DNA of 60,927 nt, filler included, from Nitrospinota bacterium (GTDB lineage: Bacteria; JADFOP01), in NCBI GenBank assembly GCA_022562795.1. It is 3 parts of 3 records of this genome, joined end to end, with 100 filler letters (N's around TTAATTAATTAA, not from the genome) between each part and the next. Parts side by side here need not be neighbours in the genome. Positions count along the whole stretch, not along the records: positions 53,624 to 60,927 come from JADFOP010000062.1; 2 more parts are not named here. One strand, written 5' to 3'. Below, piece by piece: positions 55,655 to 60,927 of this stretch. The translations under genes were made by a program, and so were the position numbers. The first letter of the stretch is position 1; every line of letters begins with the position of its first letter. The notes beneath the pieces are model-generated. The model did not search any database. It was not told the origin of the DNA and saw only the letters and a program-made list of their open reading frames with translations.

Positions 55655-56182
55655 ATGGACGATCTCGCCGCCTACACCGGCATGCGGCTGGCCTACTACG
55701 AGGAGAAGTTTTCAGGCTTCGACCCGGCCGACGGCCTGCTGGTCATCAGTCTAATCCGCACCCAGGACGTCTACGTCCGGGCGCGTGAGGCATACCTCGC
55801 CCGCTACGGCCTTACCGGCTCGACCCTCAACGTCCTCATGTTCCTCGACAGCACCCCCGAAGAACGCCTGCCGATGCACACCATCAGCGAAAACCTTCTG
55901 GTCTCGAGGGCCAATATCACGGGCCTCATCGACAGCCTTGAGAAGCGAGGCTATGTCCGCCGCCGGCCCGACCGAGACGACCGGCGGGTCGTTCACGCGG
56001 AGATTACCGAAGAGGGGAGGGCCGTGCTCCACGAGCTTTTACCGGGCCACTTCCGGGCCGTCGAGGCCATGCTGGAGGGCTTCAGCCCGGAGGAGAAGGC
56101 TACCCTGGTGGAGCTCTTCTCCCGTGTGCGGGACGGGGTCGCCAACGGCTACATCCAGGCCGCCCGCGGCTTCGAGGAGTGA
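55655..56182 (+). CDS. MarR-family regulator
   Basis: SRANITGLIDSLEKRGYV, DDRRV, ITEEG. Confidence 0.92.
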   Translation: MDDLAAYTGMRLAYYEEKFSGFDPADGLLVISLIRTQDVYVRAREAYLARYGLTGSTLNVLMFLDSTPEERLPMHTISENLLVSRANITGLIDSLEKRGYVRRRPDRDDRRVVHAEITEEGRAVLHELLPGHFRAVEAMLEGFSPEEKATLVELFSRVRDGVANGYIQAARGFEE

Positions 56183-56185
56183 GCC

Positions 56186-57304
56186 GTGCGCGTACGGTGG
56201 ACCTTAGTCCGTCTCCTCACCGCCCTTCTTTTGAGTGGGCTGGGCCTTCCTGCGCCAGCCGCCGCGCAGGGCCGAGGCCCAGCGCCCGTCGTGGTGGCCC
56301 CCGTAGAGACGAGGACCCTGGAGGCGATCGTCACCCTGGTCGGCACCGTCCATCCCGCCACCCGTAGCCTCATCGCCAGCGAGACGGCAGGCCTCGTCAT
56401 CTGCTGCCCCGTGGAGGAGGGCGAGACGGTCAGAAGGGGTCAGCTCCTGGCCCAGCTGCGCAGGGTGCCTACGGAGATAAAGCTTCGCGAGGCCCGAGCC
56501 GCTTGGCAGCGGGCAAAGGCCGAACATACCAACGCTCAGCGAGAGGCGGCTCGACGCGAGGACCTCTACGAGAGGCAGGTTATTGCAATCGAGCAGTACC
56601 AGTCCGCCACCACTGCCGTTCAGGCGGCCGCCGAGCGGGTGGCCGAAGCGCAGGCGGTCATGGCCCGCCTGGAAGACCAGTTAGCGCAAAGCTCGATCAC
56701 TGCCCCGTTTCCCGGCGTGGTGGTCAAGGAGCACACCGAGGTGGGCCAGTGGCTCGACCAGGGCGACCCGGTAGTGGAGCTGATCGACCTCTCGACGGTC
56801 GAGGTCACCGTGCCCGTGCCCGAGCGCTACATCGCTGAGGTCCGCAGTGGCGAGGCCGCCTCTTTGAGCCTTGACGCCCTGCCCGGCCGCTCGTTTGCCG
56901 GCCGAGTCGTCCATATCATCCCGCAGGCCGACGCTTCCAGCCGCACATTCCCCGTCAAAGTCGAGGTTGCCAACCCCGACGGGCTCATCAAGAGCGGCAT
57001 GTTCGCCCGGGTCACCCTCCCGGTCGGGAGGGCACGGCGAGCCATCGTGGTACCCAAAGACGCCCTGGTGAGCCGCGGCCCGGTCTCCCTCCTCTTCGTC
57101 GTGAACGACGGCGTGGCCCACCAGGTGGCCGTCAAAAGGGGCCAGGCCACGGGGGCCTGGGTGGCCGTCGAGGGCCCGGTGGAGGAAGGCCAGCTCGTCG
57201 TCATCCGCGGTAACGAGCGGCTCCGCGACGGCATGCCGGTGACCGTCGTGCCGCCCGATAAAGCTGGGGCCACAGCCGGAGACAGAGCCCGAGGGCCATC
57301 GTGA
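56186..57304 (+). CDS. RND periplasmic adaptor (MFP)
   Basis: VEEGETVRRGQLL, ITAPFPGVV, IKSGMF, VPKDAL. Confidence 0.92.
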   Translation: MRVRWTLVRLLTALLLSGLGLPAPAAAQGRGPAPVVVAPVETRTLEAIVTLVGTVHPATRSLIASETAGLVICCPVEEGETVRRGQLLAQLRRVPTEIKLREARAAWQRAKAEHTNAQREAARREDLYERQVIAIEQYQSATTAVQAAAERVAEAQAVMARLEDQLAQSSITAPFPGVVVKEHTEVGQWLDQGDPVVELIDLSTVEVTVPVPERYIAEVRSGEAASLSLDALPGRSFAGRVVHIIPQADASSRTFPVKVEVANPDGLIKSGMFARVTLPVGRARRAIVVPKDALVSRGPVSLLFVVNDGVAHQVAVKRGQATGAWVAVEGPVEEGQLVVIRGNERLRDGMPVTVVPPDKAGATAGDRARGPS

Positions 57305-60300
57305 AGCTCATCGAGCGGTCCATCCGTTATCCAGTCTCTGTAACAGTCGGGGTCCTGCTCGTGGCCCTCTTCGGGCTGGTGGCCCTGATGCGCATCCCCG
57401 TCCAACTCACACCCACCGTCGAGAAGCCTGAGATCACCGTCGAGACCCGTTGGCCGGGCGCCAGCCCCCAGGAGGTGGAGCGGGAGATCGTCGAGGAGCA
57501 GGAGGAGCAGCTAAAAAGTGTGGAGGGCTTAAGGCGGCTCACCAGCGAGAGCATGGACGGCCGGGGCCGGGTCGTCTTGGAGTTCGAGGTGGGCAGCGAC
57601 ATGAACGCTAACCTCCTGAAAGTCGCCAATAAGCTAAACCAGGTTCCCTCCTACCCCGATGAGGCCGACGAGCCGGTTATATCTAGCGTCAACATCCGTG
57701 GCAACGCCATCGCCTGGTTCATCCTCAAGCCCAAACCTGGAAACCCCGTGAACATCTACCATCTGCGGGACTTTGCGGATGACTTCGTCAAACCACTCAT
57801 AGAGCGGGTGTCCGGAGTGGCCCGGAGCAACATCTACGGCGGCCAGGAGCGGGAGCTTAGGGTGGTGGTCGACCCCGAGGCCCTTGCGGCGCGGAACGTC
57901 ACCCTCCTCCAGGTTGCCACGGCCCTGGATGAAGAAAACAGGAACATCTCGGCGGGTGACTTTGACGAGGGCAAGCGCCGCTACATCGTCCGCACGACAG
58001 GCGAGTTCCAATCCCCCGAGGACGTGGCCAATGTCATCATCGCCCGCCACAACGGCAGCGCAGTCTACGTTAGAGACGTGGCCCGGGTGGAGCTAGGCTT
58101 CAAGGACGCCGACTTCGCCGTGCGCCACATGGGTGAGCCGGCCATCGCGCTCAACGCTCTTCGGACGACGGGGAGCAACGTGCTTGAGGTCATGAAAGGC
58201 CTCCACCAGGCCGTAGAGGAGCTCAACGAGGGCATTCTGGCCGACCGCAACCTCTCCCTCCAGCAGGTCTACGACGAGACGGACTACATTAAGAGCGCTA
58301 TCTCGCTGGTGTCGTACAACCTCTTGATCGGCGGCATCCTGGCTATCCTGGTGCTCCTGCTCTTCCTGCGAAGCGCCTCGTCCACCTTCATCATCGCGAT
58401 GGCCATCCCCGTCAGTGTGGTCGGCACTTTCTTCGCCCTCTGGTTCGTGGGCCGGAACCTCAATGTAGTCAGCCTTGCGGGTATGGCCTTCGCCGTGGGC
58501 ATGGTGGTAGACAACTCCATCGTCGTGTTGGAGAACATCTACCGTCACCTCCAGCTCGGCAAGAGCCGTCGCCAGGCGGCCTACGACGGGGCCGTCGAGG
58601 TCTGGGGGGCGGTCTTCGCCTCCACCATGACCACCGTGGCGGTCTTCCTGCCCATCATTTTCGTAAAGGAGGAGGCGGGCCAGCTATTCCGCGACATCGC
58701 CATAGCCATCTCCTGCGGTGTTGGGCTCTCCCTCATCGTCGCCGTCACCGTCATCCCGAGCCTCTCGAACAAAATTCTGACCACCACCGGGAAAGAGGAC
58801 GCCGCGCCCACGAGGCGCCGCCGCGCTCTCAGGGGCCTGGCCAGCTTCTTCCAGGCAGCCACCGATCTCTTCGCCGGCTTCATCTACTGGCTCTGTGGGA
58901 GGCGCCTGGCAAGCTTGGTCGTCATCGTGGGCCTCACAGTCGCCTCCCTCGGAGGCTCGTGGCTGCTGATGCCCGACACGGAGTATCTGCCGACGGGCAA
59001 CCGCAACCTCGTCATAGGAGTCCTCCTGCCGCCGCCGGGGTACAACCTGGAGGAGCTTACCGAGATTGGCAAGCTCATCGAGTCGCGCCTCTCCCCGTAC
59101 TGGTCTGACGGGGCGGGCGACCTCGACGGGCCGGGCATCGAAAACTTCTTCTACGTGGCCCGCGGCCGAAGTGTTTTCATGGGGGCTGTAGCTTCCGATC
59201 CGCGCCGGGCCCGGGAGCTTATACCCCTCATGCGGAGCTCCTTCGAGGGGATTCCCGGCATGATCGCCATAGTCACCCAGACGAGCCTCTTTCGTCGGGC
59301 CCTCGGCGAGGGGCGCAACATCGATGTCGAGATAACCGGCCCCGAGCTGGGGCGGCTCGTCAGCCTCGGCGGGCGGCTCTTCGGGGGGATTATGCAGCTG
59401 CTCCCGCCGGGCACGCAGGCCCGGCCCATCCCGAGCCTCGACCTCGGCAACCCAGAGGTCCGGGTCATCCCCGACCGGGAGCGTGCGGCCGAGCTCCAGC
59501 TATCCAGCCGTGAGATCGGCTTCATCGTCAACGCCCTGGTGGACGGGGCCAAAGTCAGCGACTACCAGCACGAGGGGGGCGAGATTGACCTCACCCTTAA
59601 GGGCGAGGACCGCTTCGCCCGCCGAACCCAGGATCTGGCCCTGCTCCCCATCCGCACCCCTACGGGGCAAATCGTAAGCCTCGGCAGCGTGGCCGACGTG
59701 AGGGTCGTTACAGGGCCCGAGCAGATAAACCGCATCGAGCGGCAGCGGGCCATCACTTTGCAGGTCATCCCGCCTGTCACCATGGCCCTGGAGACGGCGA
59801 TGCGCCAGATTGAGGAGGGGCTCTTAGCGCCGCTTCGCGAGGAGGGGACGCTCGGCCGGCTATACAACATCCGGCTCGCCGGGACCGCCGACAAGCTCAC
59901 CCTTACCCGGAGGTCCCTCCAGTGGAACTTCATCCTGGCGATCATCATCACCTATCTCCTCATGGCGAGCCTATTCGAGAGCTTTCTCTACCCCTTCGTC
60001 ATCATGTTCAGCGTGCCGCTGGCCTCGCTCGGGGGGTTTTTGGGCCTCCGGGTTGTCAACGCCACAATCTCATACCAGGCCCTCGACATCATCACAATGC
60101 TCGGCTTCGTCATCCTCGTAGGCATCGTGGTGAACAACGCCATCCTCATAGTCCATCAAGCCCTGAACCACATGCGGGACGAGGGGATGGAGCCCCGCGA
60201 GGCCGTCCGCGAGTCGGTCCGAAACCGCGTCAGGCCCATCTTCATGAGCACGACGACGAGCGTCTTCGGCATGCTCCCTCTCATCCTCTTTCACGGGGCG

Positions 60301-60465
60301 GGGAGCGAGCTATACCGGGGCCTCGGCAGCGTCGTGGTAGGAGGGCTCGTCCTTTCGACCATCTTCACCCTGGTCCTGGTCCCCACCCTCTTTTACCTCG
60401 CGCTCTCGGCCCGCCGGGCCGTGGTGGAGCGGCTCACCTCGGGCCGTGGCGCCCCGGCCGCCTGA
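57301..60465 (+). CDS. RND efflux permease (AcrB-like)
   Basis: GASPQEVE, GMVVDNSIVVLENI, GIVVNNAIL, RVRPIFM. Confidence 0.95.
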   Translation: MKLIERSIRYPVSVTVGVLLVALFGLVALMRIPVQLTPTVEKPEITVETRWPGASPQEVEREIVEEQEEQLKSVEGLRRLTSESMDGRGRVVLEFEVGSDMNANLLKVANKLNQVPSYPDEADEPVISSVNIRGNAIAWFILKPKPGNPVNIYHLRDFADDFVKPLIERVSGVARSNIYGGQERELRVVVDPEALAARNVTLLQVATALDEENRNISAGDFDEGKRRYIVRTTGEFQSPEDVANVIIARHNGSAVYVRDVARVELGFKDADFAVRHMGEPAIALNALRTTGSNVLEVMKGLHQAVEELNEGILADRNLSLQQVYDETDYIKSAISLVSYNLLIGGILAILVLLLFLRSASSTFIIAMAIPVSVVGTFFALWFVGRNLNVVSLAGMAFAVGMVVDNSIVVLENIYRHLQLGKSRRQAAYDGAVEVWGAVFASTMTTVAVFLPIIFVKEEAGQLFRDIAIAISCGVGLSLIVAVTVIPSLSNKILTTTGKEDAAPTRRRRALRGLASFFQAATDLFAGFIYWLCGRRLASLVVIVGLTVASLGGSWLLMPDTEYLPTGNRNLVIGVLLPPPGYNLEELTEIGKLIESRLSPYWSDGAGDLDGPGIENFFYVARGRSVFMGAVASDPRRARELIPLMRSSFEGIPGMIAIVTQTSLFRRALGEGRNIDVEITGPELGRLVSLGGRLFGGIMQLLPPGTQARPIPSLDLGNPEVRVIPDRERAAELQLSSREIGFIVNALVDGAKVSDYQHEGGEIDLTLKGEDRFARRTQDLALLPIRTPTGQIVSLGSVADVRVVTGPEQINRIERQRAITLQVIPPVTMALETAMRQIEEGLLAPLREEGTLGRLYNIRLAGTADKLTLTRRSLQWNFILAIIITYLLMASLFESFLYPFVIMFSVPLASLGGFLGLRVVNATISYQALDIITMLGFVILVGIVVNNAILIVHQALNHMRDEGMEPREAVRESVRNRVRPIFMSTTTSVFGMLPLILFHGAGSELYRGLGSVVVGGLVLSTIFTLVLVPTLFYLALSARRAVVERLTSGRGAPAA

Positions 60466-60643
60466 AGGAGCCCAAATCCCGCCGTCGGAGGCTCCGTATT
60501 CGGAAAATCCCGGGAAATCGCGGAAAATCGGCCCGTCAGCGAGCTTGAACGGTCAATGGGACAAATTTCTCTTTTTGTGAATAACGTGGGTGGACGATCT
60601 GTCGAGACACGGCGGCCAAGGCCGCTTGCGGCACCCCTGTCGA

Positions 60644-60923
60644 CGGACTTGCGACTCCCTGTCCTAAAGGCCGGACACCCACAAGGGGCGTCCCTACATG
60701 GTCTTGTGCCCGTGTAGGGACAGGGTTTACCCTGTCCGCAAAGAAAACCCGGACAGCCTAAATCCGCCTCAGGCGGACTACATTTTTAAATATCAAAAAA
60801 CAGGCGGGCCTGTCGTCACGCACTTCCCGTACTTCCTTTACTTCCCGAATGAGGAGCGTTTTTTTACAGGGTAGTCGGGGTCGCCCCGGACCCCGACTCC
60901 TTTTTAGGTCCGCCTCAGCCGGA
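60644..60923. repeat. REP/REPIN-like cluster
   Basis: GTAG-hairpins at 60673-60697 (-), 60714-60737 (+), 60763-60781 (-) and 60871-60897 (+); TCCGCCTCAG(G/C)CGGA at 60763 and 60909. Confidence 0.8.
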
Positions 60924-60927
60924 TCCC

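Noticed and set aside
55655-60465. MarR-MFP-RND operon without an outer-membrane factor as partner for the TolC-cytochrome c
   Set aside because: Different contig, and RND operons often use an unlinked OMF; no evidence for pairing.
60501-60529. Three short GGAAA(A)TC repeats after the RND gene
   Set aside because: Too short and irregular to support a call.
60644-60927. Possible CRISPR array or attC sites among the terminal palindromes
   Set aside because: Units differ in sequence and orientation, spacing is irregular and no cas or intI gene is present. GTAG-hairpin REPs fit better.

Overview
The window is three contig pieces (1-25196, 25297-53523, 53624-60927) joined by artificial 100-nt N/TTAATTAATTAA linkers, so adjacency across the linkers has no biological meaning. 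It is from a GC-rich diderm bacterium; taxonomy cannot be assigned from sequence alone. Piece 1 is mostly accessory. It holds an AT-rich three-gene HicA/HicB-like cassette, a RAYT transposase relic with REP repeats, and an orphan Eco57I/TaqI-like adenine methyltransferase. Next comes a copper locus: a two-domain multicopper oxidase missing one canonical His, followed by a TolC channel fused to cytochrome c. Further on are a GNAT-like/AcuC/EVE operon; three tandem U32 [4Fe-4S] proteins (UbiU/UbiV-like) behind a CRP/Rex-like site, with a thioesterase and a P-loop-degenerate CoaE; and a MoxR / atypical HDAC / GNAT / MoxR-VWA cluster. Piece 2 is largely housekeeping: ccmABCDEF, a pcs-like gene, queD, moeB, rng, mreBCD-mrdA-rodA, ppiD, tatA, rel, rpmB, a split ADP-forming acyl-CoA synthetase, a MOT1-like transporter and moeA. 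It also has an internally deleted queC-like relic and a frameshifted sulfurtransferase. Piece 3 has a group II intron RT fragment fused directly onto a truncated hemH, then hemE, a MarR-RND efflux operon and a terminal REP cluster. The best candidates for undescribed systems are the triple-U32 operon and the MCO/TolC-cytochrome c module. No rRNA, tRNA or CRISPR array was seen. All family calls come from motif recognition, not database searches.
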